Positions 1 through 11,436 of a stretch of 64,000 bases of DNA are shown here, piece after piece. A program made the position numbers and the translations under genes. The stretch is from Bdellovibrionales bacterium (lineage in GTDB: Bacteria; Bdellovibrionota; Bdellovibrionia; Bdellovibrionales; UBA1609). The first letter of the stretch is position 1, and each line of letters begins with the position of its first letter. The stretch lies in the NCBI GenBank assembly GCA_019695175.1, contig JAIBAM010000001.1:149689-213688 (forward strand). Reading direction: 5' to 3'. The notes under the pieces were generated by a model, which made no database searches, was not told the origin of the DNA, and saw only the letters and a program-made list of their open reading frames with translations.

Positions 1-1
1 A

Positions 2-1381
2 CTCATAGTAGAAGATGATGCCGCTTTAAGAACAGCCTTATTTCGTATTTTGGAAAAAAATGGTTGGAATGTCCTTACCTCAAGCCGTCTCAAAGAAGCC
101 GAATTACTCTCTCAAGGGGAACGACCCATTGATGTAGCACTTATTGATTTATTCTTACCTGACGGCTCCGCCATTGACTTGATGCATATCTTGAAAAAAA
201 AATATAAACATATTAAATTTATAATTTTATCTGAAAATCATTATGCAGAAAAAGCAGCTGAAATTCTCCAACAAGGGGCCTCTCGATTTTTAATTAAACC
301 CTTTAATTTAAATTCACTTAGCGAGATGATAAAGCAAGTGCTCAACCCTCAGATTGAAAACAAAGGAAGTCTTCCAACCACTTCTTGCTTCAACAAAAGA
401 TATCACTTTGAAAACATTATTGGTCAAAGTGAACTTCACCAGCAGGTGCTGCATTTAGTAGAAAAGGTTTCCGACGTAGATTCAACAGTGCTTATAACTG
501 GTGAAAGTGGGACCGGAAAAGAACTTGTAGCAAAGGCAATTCATTATAATTCCAATCGTGCCCAAGGACCTTTTATCCCTATAAATTGCGGCGCAATTCC
601 CAATGATTTACTTGAAAGTGAGCTCTTCGGACATGTGAAGGGCGCCTTTACCGGGGCCATTTCAAATCGAATGGGACGTTTTGAAATGGCTCACGGTGGA
701 TCGCTTTTTTTAGATGAAGTGGGTGATATGAACCCTTCGATACAAGTCAAACTCTTGCGAGTTCTTCAAGAAAAAAAATTTGAGCCCGTAGGAAGCGGAA
801 AAACGATTCACACCGAGGTTCGTATTATTGCAGCCACAAATGTCGATTTAGAGCAAGCTGTGGCCGAGGGAAAATTTCGCGAGGATCTTTACTATCGTTT
901 GAATGTGATCCCGATTCATATACCCTCTCTCCGGGAAAGAAAAGCAGACATCCCGCTTTTGCTTCACCATTTTATTACCCTATTTAATCGTCTCAGAAAC
1001 AGATCCATTTCAGGTGTCACACCCGAAGCTATGGATTTACTCCATCACTACAATTGGCCTGGAAACATTAGAGAATTGGAAAATTTAATAGAGCGAATGG
1101 CCATACTAAAAGGAAATGGGTTGATCGACATAAAAGATCTACCTGAAAGATATTTAAAAACTAGCCCTACCACTACTGGAGTTCCACAAACAACCACGCT
1201 CGAGCCAGGAATGGATTTTAACACGGCAGTGGACGCCTATGAAAATGCCCTCATAATTCAGGCTTTAGAAAAAACAGGCTGGAACAGAAACCAAGCCGCC
1301 CTATTACTGCGCCTGAATCGAACCACATTAGTGGAAAAAATTAAAAAGAAGGGACTAAGACCCCCAGAGGTCGATGCCTAA
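2..1381 (+). CDS. sigma-54-dependent response regulator (NtrC/AtoC family), 5'-truncated by window edge
   Basis: The frame stays open up to nt 2, upstream of the track's TTG at 50. LIVEDDAALRTALFRILEKNGWNV is the start of a receiver domain, with the acceptor Asp in ALIDLFLPDG. AAA+ core: Walker A GESGTGKE, GAFTGA loop (GHVKGAFTGA), Walker B FLDEVGDM. C-terminal Fis-type HTH NRNQAALLLRLNRTTLVEKIKK. Confidence 0.9.
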   Translation, partial: LIVEDDAALRTALFRILEKNGWNVLTSSRLKEAELLSQGERPIDVALIDLFLPDGSAIDLMHILKKKYKHIKFIILSENHYAEKAAEILQQGASRFLIKPFNLNSLSEMIKQVLNPQIENKGSLPTTSCFNKRYHFENIIGQSELHQQVLHLVEKVSDVDSTVLITGESGTGKELVAKAIHYNSNRAQGPFIPINCGAIPNDLLESELFGHVKGAFTGAISNRMGRFEMAHGGSLFLDEVGDMNPSIQVKLLRVLQEKKFEPVGSGKTIHTEVRIIAATNVDLEQAVAEGKFREDLYYRLNVIPIHIPSLRERKADIPLLLHHFITLFNRLRNRSISGVTPEAMDLLHHYNWPGNIRELENLIERMAILKGNGLIDIKDLPERYLKTSPTTTGVPQTTTLEPGMDFNTAVDAYENALIIQALEKTGWNRNQAALLLRLNRTTLVEKIKKKGLRPPEVDA

Positions 1382-1463
1382 ATTCTTTTTGCTGTCTTAT
1401 GATTTTTTTGTTTTTTATTCTTATTTTTTTAGTTTTTTATATTTAGTTTTTTATATATTGATT

Positions 1464-3377
1464 TTATTTAATTTTAACTGGAAGAAAAATAATAAACTCC
1501 GTTCCCTTCCCCGGTTCAGAGTAAACTTCTATATCCCCTCCATGCTTCTCAATGACGCTGTAAGAAATACTTAGCCCCAGTCCGGTGCCTTGTCCACTCG
1601 ACTTAGTGGTAAAAAACGGATCAAAAATCTTATCTTTATGCTCTAAGTTAATTCCTTGACCAGTATCTCGTATGGAAATCTTAATTTTATTATTTTTTAC
1701 TTTTTGGGTTTTAATAAAAATGTCCCCCAAACCTTCTATGGCTTGGGTTGCATTGGACAAGATATTCATAAAAACTTGATTAATTTGACTGGCATAACAA
1801 TAAATTTTTGGAAGAGACCCATAATCCTTGTGCACCGTAATTCGATTTTTTAACTCACCTGACAATATTTGCAAAGTGCTCTCAAGTCCCTCATGAAGAT
1901 CCACTTCCTTAAGTTGGGCTTCATCCAATCTAGAAAAATTTCTTAAACCAATTACAATATCTCGAGTGCGACGCGCCCCTTCTTCGCATGAAGCAATCAG
2001 TTTGGGAACATCACTGACTAAATAATCGAAGTCAGCCTCTTGCTTAGCTTTTTCAAGTTTTGAAGGATTTTTTTCCGCAATATCAACCAGAACAATCAAT
2101 TTTTCGACATTTTCCTTTAAGACACCTAAATTACTATAAATAAATCCTATGGGATTATTAAGTTCATGGGCCACACCCGCAACCAATTGTCCTAAACTTG
2201 CCATTTTGGCTGCATGAACCAGTTTAGCCTGGGTTTCCTTAATTTCTTGATTGGCAATTTCCAGTTCATTTATTTTGCTTTTGAGGTTTTTTTTCGATTC
2301 AAAAGTCCTTTTAGCCATTTCATTAAAACTGGAAGCTAGCAAGCCAAGTTCTGTTTCATTTTTTACTTCAAGAGCCACCAATTCTTTTTCCAAATCGTGA
2401 TTTTGAATTCCTTCCAGAATGGCATAAAGTGGTCGAAGTAAAAACCGGGAAGAGACCACAGACAATACAATTAAAAGACCGATAATTCCGAGCACAACCG
2501 AAAAAAATGCAACATTCACTTTTCGTAAAACATCCTTCGACATCTGCTTAGAAACACCAATAGTCATATTTAAAAGCGCTGTCCCCCACTTTAATTGATG
2601 GGAAATAAAACGAAAAGTTTCGTTCCTTAAAGTTAAATCAAAATAAGGGCTCTGCTTGGCTTTAGTAAGAAAAAATGAGACCGGGTAGGAAAAAAGGTCC
2701 ACTTGAGTGGACACCACCTTTTCTTGTTCGGGCCTAAAGAAAACCAACTCCACACCCAGTCGATTTTTTATCGTTTGCAGAAAATATTCATCTAACTGAA
2801 CCAGTTGTTGCAAATATGCAATGACCTGCCCCTTATCAGTTTTTATGGTATTGAAAACCATAAGCTCTACCACGCCATTTTCATTTTTGGCCCGCACATC
2901 CACATCTAAAAAAGTATCTTTATTTTGAAGACTCTTCAGATCCGATAAATAAACGTTACCAACCTCCATCTTATCTAAACGTTGAATCACACCTTCACGA
3001 TTGCGATGGAAAGCAATTTGGAGTTGGCCCGCAGAATCCCACACCCAAAGATGATGGGTGTAATGAGTTTTCATCCAAGAACGAATGAAATCTCGCGCCC
3101 CATTGATTTGTTGTAATTTTAAGTATGACTGCAATGACTTTTCTTGAGCTAATTTACGGCCATCAGTCATTAAAGCCTTCTGATATTCTTTGATAAGAGT
3201 GTCCACTTCTCGCCAGTGGGCACTCAAACGGCGACTTAACTCCTGATCTAGCGACTGTTCATATTTGACTAAAGAATACCCCGTCAGAAAAGCTAACGGA
3301 GCAATTGAAAACAATAAAAACCATCCCATTAACATGAATCGAAGGGATTTTTTGGGCGCTACTTTATTCATATACAT
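1464..3377 (-). CDS. sensor histidine kinase (extracytoplasmic sensor - HAMP - HisKA - HATPase_c)
   Basis: N-terminal TM (LMGWFLLFSIAPLAFLTGY), about 270-aa extracytoplasmic region, second TM (FFSVVLGIIGLLIVLSVV), HAMP-like linker. H-box LVAGVAHELNNPI, N-box NILSNATQA, G-boxes DTGQGI and GTGLGLS. Convergent with the regulator at 2-1381. Confidence 0.9.
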   Translation of the reverse strand: MYMNKVAPKKSLRFMLMGWFLLFSIAPLAFLTGYSLVKYEQSLDQELSRRLSAHWREVDTLIKEYQKALMTDGRKLAQEKSLQSYLKLQQINGARDFIRSWMKTHYTHHLWVWDSAGQLQIAFHRNREGVIQRLDKMEVGNVYLSDLKSLQNKDTFLDVDVRAKNENGVVELMVFNTIKTDKGQVIAYLQQLVQLDEYFLQTIKNRLGVELVFFRPEQEKVVSTQVDLFSYPVSFFLTKAKQSPYFDLTLRNETFRFISHQLKWGTALLNMTIGVSKQMSKDVLRKVNVAFFSVVLGIIGLLIVLSVVSSRFLLRPLYAILEGIQNHDLEKELVALEVKNETELGLLASSFNEMAKRTFESKKNLKSKINELEIANQEIKETQAKLVHAAKMASLGQLVAGVAHELNNPIGFIYSNLGVLKENVEKLIVLVDIAEKNPSKLEKAKQEADFDYLVSDVPKLIASCEEGARRTRDIVIGLRNFSRLDEAQLKEVDLHEGLESTLQILSGELKNRITVHKDYGSLPKIYCYASQINQVFMNILSNATQAIEGLGDIFIKTQKVKNNKIKISIRDTGQGINLEHKDKIFDPFFTTKSSGQGTGLGLSISYSVIEKHGGDIEVYSEPGKGTEFIIFLPVKIK

Positions 3378-3409
3378 GATCTAGCTACGTTAAGAGTGGG
3401 TTATAAAAT

Positions 3410-4351
3410 CTATTCTTTTTGTTTTTCTTCCAATACAAGAATAAATCGAATTTGCCCGACAGGCATCACTCTCTTATGGGGATCTTTGTAGATCCGGACT
3501 GGACCTATTTCCCTTAAAGCGGCAAGAAGTTTTTCATAATTAATTTCTGGCATTGAAAAGTGAAAATAAGAACCGTTATCCTTGTGCCATCCCAATTCAA
3601 CTTGTCCGGCCTTTTTTCCTTCTAGACTTGAAACTTGTTGTTTGATTTTTTCCGTGACAGCTTCTAAATCACTAGTTTGCATGAAAACGCGATATACAAA
3701 TTTATTTCCTTTACCACTTTCTGGTTCAGAACCCTTCTCTTGTTCTCTTTGAATAGGAACCTCTGACTTAGTTGACCTAAATTGCTTTTCTATGGGGTCA
3801 TCAAAAGGTTTTTGTGCATGGCCCTGTGCTTCGATCTCCTCAAAGTGAGTTTGGGAAAGTTGTACCGCAACAGAGTCCCCTTCACTTTTTTGACCCAAAT
3901 CCACTTTTGGTCTTTGAATCTCTGCTAAAATAATTTCCTGCACGGGATTGGGCAACCAGCGACTTATTTTTTTTAATGGCAACAACGGTAGTAAAATCGC
4001 TACAGTAAGTGCTACAACTAAAGCTTCCACAGACCAACGCGCCATTTCTGGCCAATGACTCCAGGTTAGTTTCTCCGCAACCAGGGCCCATCCGATTTTA
4101 GCTTGGGAAATTCGATTTAAATATTCCTTAGAGGGCTGAATCTGGGATAAAACTTCACAATATTTCCGCCCCTTTTCAATAGCCACAAGTCTATCTTGCA
4201 ACAAAGGTGAATTTTTTAAATACTCTGTAAAGACTTCCTGATCCTCTGAATTCAAAAGATTCTCTACATAATCAAGAGTTAATTCGTTTGCCATAAAAGA
4301 AGTCAATTTTCTTTGAAACCGGTTTAAACTCCGATCAAAATCTTCATTCAT
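3410..4351 (-). CDS. single-pass membrane protein, anti-sigma-factor-like by position and topology (hypothetical)
   Basis: 313-aa ORF whose ATG overlaps the stop of the upstream sigma-like ORF (ATGA at 4348-4351). About 95 cytoplasmic residues, one TM (WSVEALVVALTVAILLPLLPL), about 190-aa extracytoplasmic C-terminus. No recognisable zinc motif. The functional call rests on architecture only. Confidence 0.6.
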   Translation of the reverse strand: MNEDFDRSLNRFQRKLTSFMANELTLDYVENLLNSEDQEVFTEYLKNSPLLQDRLVAIEKGRKYCEVLSQIQPSKEYLNRISQAKIGWALVAEKLTWSHWPEMARWSVEALVVALTVAILLPLLPLKKISRWLPNPVQEIILAEIQRPKVDLGQKSEGDSVAVQLSQTHFEEIEAQGHAQKPFDDPIEKQFRSTKSEVPIQREQEKGSEPESGKGNKFVYRVFMQTSDLEAVTEKIKQQVSSLEGKKAGQVELGWHKDNGSYFHFSMPEINYEKLLAALREIGPVRIYKDPHKRVMPVGQIRFILVLEEKQKE

Positions 4352-4896
4352 AAGGAAGCATCCCCTACCGAGACCAGGGTTTGACTCAATCGCTCTAAAC
4401 CTAATGACAAGCGAGTTCGGACCGTTCCTTGGCTTACCTTTAAACCGCGGGCCACATATTCAATGGGTATTTTTAAAATCAAAACCGAAAGGACTGAAAT
4501 AAACTCTTCCTGGGATGCATTTTTACGAAAATCCATCCATGGACCCAAGTCGAAATTTAAATATTTTTTGCTTGAAGAAATCTCAAAGTTCCAATTCTTT
4601 TTATTAAATAAAACAGGTTGAACTAAATTTTTACTCTGTGAAGGTGAGGAAAAACGATCTTGTCGATCTAAAAATTCGCCAACCCCCCAGCTTCCAGGAA
4701 AGTTAAATCGTGATAAATATTGATTCAAAATACTCACAATAAGTTGTTCCGCCACCCCTGGGCTGTGGGGAATCTTAGCCCGTCGCTGTTTAAAATCATG
4801 AAAAGCCCGGGAGGTCTCCCTTTCCGCATTCTTTTCATCAACAACGATAAATAAAAAAGCAAGGCAAAGGGACTGAAGAGCCCCATCCTCTGACAT
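4348..4896 (-). CDS. sigma-70 region-4-like DNA-binding protein (degenerate ECF-sigma-like)
   Basis: 182-aa ORF. The C-terminus SVLSVLILKIPIEYVARGLKVSQGTVRTRLSLGLERL resembles the ECF sigma region 4.2 HTH (xGTVKSRLxRAxxxL). I found no convincing region 2 (-10 recognition) motif. Its ATG lies 1 nt after the mreB stop (TAG-A-ATG at 4896-4900). Confidence 0.6.
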   Translation of the reverse strand: MSEDGALQSLCLAFLFIVVDEKNAERETSRAFHDFKQRRAKIPHSPGVAEQLIVSILNQYLSRFNFPGSWGVGEFLDRQDRFSSPSQSKNLVQPVLFNKKNWNFEISSSKKYLNFDLGPWMDFRKNASQEEFISVLSVLILKIPIEYVARGLKVSQGTVRTRLSLGLERLSQTLVSVGDASL

Positions 4897-4897
4897 T

Positions 4898-6067
<1,170 letters not shown>

Positions 6068-6280
6068 TTAAATATTTCTAGATCCCTTAGTCTACTTTAG
6101 GCTCACGTTAAAATGAGAGTCAATGCGAGAAGTTAACTCCAGTTCGGATTTTTCGCTCTCCCCTTAAAGTAACAAAACTGTGGAATAGACTTCTAAGAAG
6201 TCATCCCCTATATCCAAAGAAGCGAAAGTGTTTTTTAAGGTCTTTTTAAAGAAATCACGGTAATCATTCACTCATTTAGT

Positions 6281-6757
6281 ATGAACCCTAAAACAAAAGG
6301 AGTCGTTTTGGCGCACCTTGAAACGTTAGAATTTCTCAACCTTTTGGTGAAAAAACCTGTTTTTCCACTCGCATTCAAATATTTGAGACCAAAAACTGAA
6401 TTGGCCATTATTTATGATCATCGCACTGAGTTTGCCTTGTTTGAAAATGATCATACCGTTCTTGTAGAAGAGCGAAAAGCTCTTGCTGATGTTGTTTTCC
6501 TGGTAAACGCTGAAGCGCTTAGAATGTTGAGCCAACATCCAGGGGATCATTTAGCTGGGTTTGGAATTGCCGTCATTGATCAAATTATTGCTGGAGGAAT
6601 TAAAATAAAAGTAACCGGAAGTTTTTTAAGTTTAACCACTGGAGGTTACATAAAATTAATTTTAGCAGCTGGACCCGACTTTTTAGGCCACTTAGCTCGC
6701 CATGGAGTCCAAGGCACTAAAAAAATCATTGAAATCATGCGTTCACTGAAGAGTTAG
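6281..6757 (+). CDS. hypothetical protein, weak SCP2/sterol-carrier-like resemblance
   Basis: 158-aa ORF. The C-terminal half (ADVVFLVNAEALRMLSQ...IIAGGIKIKVTG) looks like an SCP2-fold signature by eye. Its 3' end overlaps the glpD 3' end by 23 nt (convergent). Confidence 0.5.
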   Translation: MNPKTKGVVLAHLETLEFLNLLVKKPVFPLAFKYLRPKTELAIIYDHRTEFALFENDHTVLVEERKALADVVFLVNAEALRMLSQHPGDHLAGFGIAVIDQIIAGGIKIKVTGSFLSLTTGGYIKLILAAGPDFLGHLARHGVQGTKKIIEIMRSLKS

Positions 6758-8405
6758 AACCTATTTCCAGGGCCTCCCTCCACCCCATTTCATGCTCAAG
6801 ATGATGCTCCAATTGTGAGTCTTGTTCCTGGATTTGTCGATCTGTAAGCCCCAAATGGCTTTGAAAAAGCTTTTTTATGCCAGGAAGAAAATCAAAGCCA
6901 TTTTTATCATAACCCAAAAACAAAGGAGTTCGTCGTAAATAAAAATCTGCCAAGGTCATGCACATTGTGTTGTGGATGGCATGGGCGGCCTCTAAGTTCC
7001 ACAAAAGCTGCTCCCCATGGGAGGTTTCAGAAACTTGATTAAAATACAAGGATAAAATTGTTTCAGACTCACGACCATGACGAGCGAATAACTTCCGCAT
7101 CAAACTCAAAGGTAAAGCATAACTTTTAGAAATTTGGTCAACAAAATAATCTGAATTCCGCTGAATTTCTTCATCAATCAATGGATTCAATGGCAACAAA
7201 GTCTGACTTCGATTCCATTGCACTTGATCTGATAACGGGTAAAAACTCAAAATAGATTGCACGGCCTGCTCTGCAATATGGCGATAAGTCGTGTACTTCC
7301 CTCCCATAACAAAAGTTACATTTTGAGCAGTATTTAATATAAGATGTTCCCGACTTGTTTTGCTTTCACTTTGGGCTTCATCGTGGACCAAAGGTCGAAC
7401 CCCAGAATAGCTAGCTATAACATCGGATTTTTTTAGTTTTGCATGGGGGAAGTACTGCTCAATGACAGTGAACAGGTAATTCACATCTGCAATGGAGGTC
7501 GTCACTTGCGAAGGGTCCTCTAGAAAATCTGTATCTGTAGTGCCAACAATAACCATTTCATGCCGAGGTATCGCAAAGACAATTCTTTTCTCAGCCGCCA
7601 TGACCACAGCATCGCTTAAAGGAAATTTTTTTCTCGAAAATGTCAGATGCACTCCTTTTGAAGGGCGCATGCAGGGCTGCCAATTCTTGACTAAGTGGGG
7701 CGCCACTCGGTCCGTCCAGGGTCCCACTGTAGAAACAATATGTCGTGCTTTTATAACTTTACTTTCATTTTCAAGCTCATTTTTTACCAAAACACCAATG
7801 ACCTTTTCTTGTGCAAAAATGGCGTCCTGGGCCCGACAATAATTGATTAATTGAGCGCCAAAATTTTCTGCAGATCGAAGTGTCTCCAGCACCAAACGAT
7901 CATCATCCATATATGCATCCGAGTATGCATAAGAGCCAAGCAAATCACTTTCTTGCAACAGGGGAAATCGACCCTGGGTTTCTAGGACACTGAGTCGTTC
8001 ATGCCCTTCTGGAGTGTCAAATAAAGCAAGAGCATCGTAAAGCCACATCCCCAATCCCATTTTTGCCATACCCACTCTTCCGCCTTTGTAGAGAGGAATA
8101 ACAAACCGCAGAGGGTGCACTAAATGGGGAGCTATCTGAAATAGTTTTCTTCTTTCACTTAACGCCTCAAAAACCAAACCAAATTCCAAATTCTCCAAAT
8201 ATCTAATGCCACCATGAATCAATTTACTGGACCTGGAGCTAGTGCCAGAAGCAAAATCAGCTGCCTCAATTAAAACTACTTTAAGCCCACGAGAAGCTGC
8301 ATCCCTTGCAATCCCGGCCCCATTGATCCCTCCCCCAACAATGAGAAGATCGTAGGGTTCGTGGGATAAATCTTGCCATTTTTTTTTTCTAAAGGTTGCA
8401 TCCAT
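6735..8405 (-). CDS. glpD: FAD-dependent glycerol-3-phosphate dehydrogenase
   Basis: N-terminal FAD Rossmann motif DLLIVGGGINGAGIARDAASRG, then GTSSRSSKLIHGGIRYLE. 556 aa, consistent with GlpD including the C-terminal helical domain. Confidence 0.9.
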   Translation of the reverse strand: MDATFRKKKWQDLSHEPYDLLIVGGGINGAGIARDAASRGLKVVLIEAADFASGTSSRSSKLIHGGIRYLENLEFGLVFEALSERRKLFQIAPHLVHPLRFVIPLYKGGRVGMAKMGLGMWLYDALALFDTPEGHERLSVLETQGRFPLLQESDLLGSYAYSDAYMDDDRLVLETLRSAENFGAQLINYCRAQDAIFAQEKVIGVLVKNELENESKVIKARHIVSTVGPWTDRVAPHLVKNWQPCMRPSKGVHLTFSRKKFPLSDAVVMAAEKRIVFAIPRHEMVIVGTTDTDFLEDPSQVTTSIADVNYLFTVIEQYFPHAKLKKSDVIASYSGVRPLVHDEAQSESKTSREHLILNTAQNVTFVMGGKYTTYRHIAEQAVQSILSFYPLSDQVQWNRSQTLLPLNPLIDEEIQRNSDYFVDQISKSYALPLSLMRKLFARHGRESETILSLYFNQVSETSHGEQLLWNLEAAHAIHNTMCMTLADFYLRRTPLFLGYDKNGFDFLPGIKKLFQSHLGLTDRQIQEQDSQLEHHLEHEMGWREALEIGSNSSVNA

Positions 8406-8422
8406 GAGTCATCCTCTTTGAT

Positions 8423-9037
8423 TTAATCTTTTTTTGAAAGAAACTGCTTCGAAGTATTTTCCAAATGGGAGCGTAGGGCTTGACCCATTTTTGTGGTTTT
8501 AATTTCATATAAATTTTCAACCGACAACCTAGCATTTAGAGTTTGAATGATATCATCCCATTCTTCTCGATTGGCATCGTAAAATATATTCGCAGTTGAA
8601 AAAAGAACTCTTTGCAAATGTTTATCACGACTCCATCGCACCACAGTTTCTAATAAACTTTTTAAAATATAAGAACTAGAACCACTTACATGTTCTACCC
8701 ATAAAGTTTGAGTCTGCGTTTGGAAAAACAAAAGGGGTTGAGCTAAAATATACCCTTGGAGCGACAATTTTTTTCCCTCAACATCCTCAGAAAATGCCCC
8801 AAAAGACCACCCTAAAGGCAAATAGTGTCTTAAAGCTTCTTGGCGCCAAGGGGCCGTCCATTTTGCCATTTCCCATTCCATTTGGATCCTTGCCAAACAC
8901 AAAGGGTCTTGTTGGGCTGGCAAAGGACTTGCGGTTTTTGTTTCAAGACCCCGCTGGAACTTTAAGCTTTTTGCTTCCTCAAATTGACAAATTAAATCTA
9001 AATCCTGAATTTGGAGAATTCTCATTTCCTGTTTCAT
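8423..9037 (-). CDS. hypothetical protein (weak GNAT-acetyltransferase-like pattern)
   Basis: 204-aa ORF. IRILQIQDLDLICQFE and LWVEHVSG...LLETVVRWSRDKHLQRVLF resemble a GNAT layout. The usual R/Q-x-x-G-x-G/A acetyl-CoA loop is not evident (reads SGSSSY). Confidence 0.45.
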   Translation of the reverse strand: MKQEMRILQIQDLDLICQFEEAKSLKFQRGLETKTASPLPAQQDPLCLARIQMEWEMAKWTAPWRQEALRHYLPLGWSFGAFSEDVEGKKLSLQGYILAQPLLFFQTQTQTLWVEHVSGSSSYILKSLLETVVRWSRDKHLQRVLFSTANIFYDANREEWDDIIQTLNARLSVENLYEIKTTKMGQALRSHLENTSKQFLSKKD

Positions 9038-9295
9038 TTTTATAACATTCTTTTTATTGCGTGTTTCGTACGATTCAAGTTTATTCTAATCGAGTTTCAT
9101 TCTAAATGATTTACCCGATTCTAATTTAATTAAGCAACTGCATTTCTTTTCTACCGAGGGAGTCCTAAGCACTGGTTCGAAGCGGTCACACCAAACAAGT
9201 CATCAATAAAAACAAATAGACATTGTCCCCCATAGTTAATTCAGTTATTTTTCAAGCTCGTTTGAGGTCTATATTTTAAACTAAGGAACAAATCC

Positions 9296-10042
9296 ATGGT
9301 GCCGGGCTCCCCCACTTATGTCGCAAAACAATTGCATCAAAACCTCCGCGAATATTGCGATCAACATGGCCCAGCCCCTGCGGCCTTTGATGCCGATGGC
9401 ACCCTTTGGGGAACTGATTTGGGGGAAGCTTTATTTCTCTATCAAATTAAGAACCATTTGCTTCCCCAACTTCCTAAAAAGCCTTGGGAGCACTATGAAT
9501 ACTTAAAAGAAAACGTTTCCCACGAAGTGGCTTATCTTTGGCTCGCTCAAATTAATAAAGGACTTCCATTAGAACAAATTCGTCAATGGGCAGAAAAAGC
9601 TGTTGCTGAATTGGACCCCTTACCTATTTACCAAGAAATCCAGGAGACCATAGATTTGCTTCATCAACTTAAATGTCCCGTTTATATTGTCACCGCCTCC
9701 ATAAAATGGGCTGTGGAACCAGGAGCCAGGCGGGTCGGTGTACCGGTGGAAAATGTAATTGGTGTCCAAACCCAAGTAGACCAGGGTATCATAAGCGACA
9801 AGGCCTTCGGAGCCATGACCTATAAACAAGGTAAAGTTATTGGACTTAAAACGGCCACTAAGGGTATACCCGCTTTCTTTTGTGCAGGGAATACTGAAGG
9901 GGATTTGCCACTCCTTGAAAGTGCCACGCACTTTCGCTTGGTAGTCACAGGATCTCCTCCGAAAAACTCCAATTATCAAACGGAACAAAAAATGATCCAA
10001 ATAGCGCAAAAAAACAATTGGCATCATTGTAAATATTATTAA
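9296..10042 (+). CDS. HAD-superfamily hydrolase (subfamily IB-like)
   Basis: Motif I FDADGTLW (DxDxT), motif II IVTAS, and a C-terminal GNTEGDLPLL Asp-containing motif. 248 aa. Confidence 0.75.
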   Translation: MVPGSPTYVAKQLHQNLREYCDQHGPAPAAFDADGTLWGTDLGEALFLYQIKNHLLPQLPKKPWEHYEYLKENVSHEVAYLWLAQINKGLPLEQIRQWAEKAVAELDPLPIYQEIQETIDLLHQLKCPVYIVTASIKWAVEPGARRVGVPVENVIGVQTQVDQGIISDKAFGAMTYKQGKVIGLKTATKGIPAFFCAGNTEGDLPLLESATHFRLVVTGSPPKNSNYQTEQKMIQIAQKNNWHHCKYY

Positions 10043-10083
10043 TTTAGTTTTTATTTTTTTATTCTACAAAAACAACTTACAGA

Positions 10084-11403
10084 TTATGGTTTACCGACAA
10101 TTTTTTCCAAATCAACGATCTCTTTAGGGGCTCCCTGGGATAAATTCTCTGGTCCACTTTCTGTGACTAAAATGTCATCTTCAATACGTAAACCTAAGCC
10201 TCGTAATTCTTCTGGTGCAGACAAGTCATCCTGAGGAATATAAATCCCTGGTTCAATAGTTAACACCATGCCCACTTCCAATCGACGACTTTCCCCATCC
10301 ACTTCGCTTCTTCCCGCATCGTGGACATCAGAACCTAAAAAATGGCTCACTCCGTGGGGATAGTATTTACGCCATTTTTGATCCATGCGTAGAGCTTCAC
10401 TAGATCCCTTTAATAAATTAATTTCTCTCATCAACTCTATCAATCCGTGGATTGTAAGCTCTTGAAGTTTACTAAAAACAACTCCTATTTTGACCGATTG
10501 AATAATGGATTTCTGCAAATCTAAAAGCATCTGATAAACCTTCGCTTGAATAGGATTAAAGCGACCTGAAACAGGGAAGGTTCGGGTAATATCCCCTGTA
10601 TAATAATCCACTTCGGCTCCGGCATCCACCAGAAGAAGATCCCCCCCCTTCAAATCCTGATCATTAAAGACATAATGAAGAGTTGTACTGTTAGATCCAC
10701 CGGCCACAATAGAACCATAACCTTCCCTAGCAGCTCCGCGAGCCATAATTTCTTTTAAAAAAATCCCATGGAGATGCCGTTCATTCACACCCGGTCGAGT
10801 GGCCTTCATAACTTCAACATGGGCTTCAGCTGAGACTTGAGCCGCTTTCTTCAAAGTAGCTATTTCGTAAGGAGACTTAATAACACGCAACTCACCAATC
10901 AAAGGGTAACTATCATAGATGGGCAAAATCCCACGACCGCTTCTTCTTCTTAAAGCTGCGGTCCCCAACAAGGTTTTAGCGATTTTACGATCAAACATCT
11001 CATCGGTAAATAAATTGTAATAAATCTTATCCACAGCAACCAACCATTCACTAGTTAACTTTTCAAACTCTTCGATGGGGTAAGCTGCATCCACTCCAAA
11101 ATTTTTCAAAGCCCCTTCCGGGCCATAACGAAAACCATCCCAGGTTTCCCGTTCTTGATCTTTAACTCTTACAAAAAGAACTGATTCAGGTGTCAATCCA
11201 GGACGATACAACAAAACAGTTCCAGGCTCATCAAATCCAGTGAGGTAAAATAAATTTGTATCCTGCCGATAGGAGTGATGCACATCGTGATTTCGGATCT
11301 GTTCTGGGTGAGCCCGTAAAATCAATGCGGATCCAGGAATCATTTGTTTCAATTGATCACGACGCTCACGAAAGACGTTTATGGGGACTCTTGGTTTTCT
11401 CAC
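10084..11403 (-). CDS. pepP: Xaa-Pro aminopeptidase (M24B family)
   Basis: N-terminal AMP_N-type region plus the pita-bread catalytic domain. Metal-ligand contexts VDAGAEVDYYTGDITRT, HGVSHFLGSDVHD, TIEPGIY and RIEDDILV. Confidence 0.9.
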   Translation of the reverse strand: MRKPRVPINVFRERRDQLKQMIPGSALILRAHPEQIRNHDVHHSYRQDTNLFYLTGFDEPGTVLLYRPGLTPESVLFVRVKDQERETWDGFRYGPEGALKNFGVDAAYPIEEFEKLTSEWLVAVDKIYYNLFTDEMFDRKIAKTLLGTAALRRRSGRGILPIYDSYPLIGELRVIKSPYEIATLKKAAQVSAEAHVEVMKATRPGVNERHLHGIFLKEIMARGAAREGYGSIVAGGSNSTTLHYVFNDQDLKGGDLLLVDAGAEVDYYTGDITRTFPVSGRFNPIQAKVYQMLLDLQKSIIQSVKIGVVFSKLQELTIHGLIELMREINLLKGSSEALRMDQKWRKYYPHGVSHFLGSDVHDAGRSEVDGESRRLEVGMVLTIEPGIYIPQDDLSAPEELRGLGLRIEDDILVTESGPENLSQGAPKEIVDLEKIVGKP

Positions 11404-11436
11404 AAAAACTCCTTCTTTATCTTAACTAAATAATAA

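Noticed and set aside
1374-1574. 66-aa plus-strand ORF overlapping the stop of the NtrC-type gene and the 3' end of the kinase
   Set aside because: It translates a T-rich convergent spacer (Phe/Leu/Tyr runs) and is antisense to the kinase C-terminus. It is spurious.
9083-9124. Three ATTCTAA heptamers (9083, 9099, 9118) upstream of the HAD gene
   Set aside because: The spacing is irregular (16 and 19 bp) and the motif is short and AT-rich. This is not distinguishable from chance by eye.
9174-9181. GGTTCGAA, a tRNA T-loop-like octamer in the 8423/9296 spacer
   Set aside because: The flanks do not form a T-stem, and no acceptor, D or anticodon arms can be drawn. It is not a tRNA.
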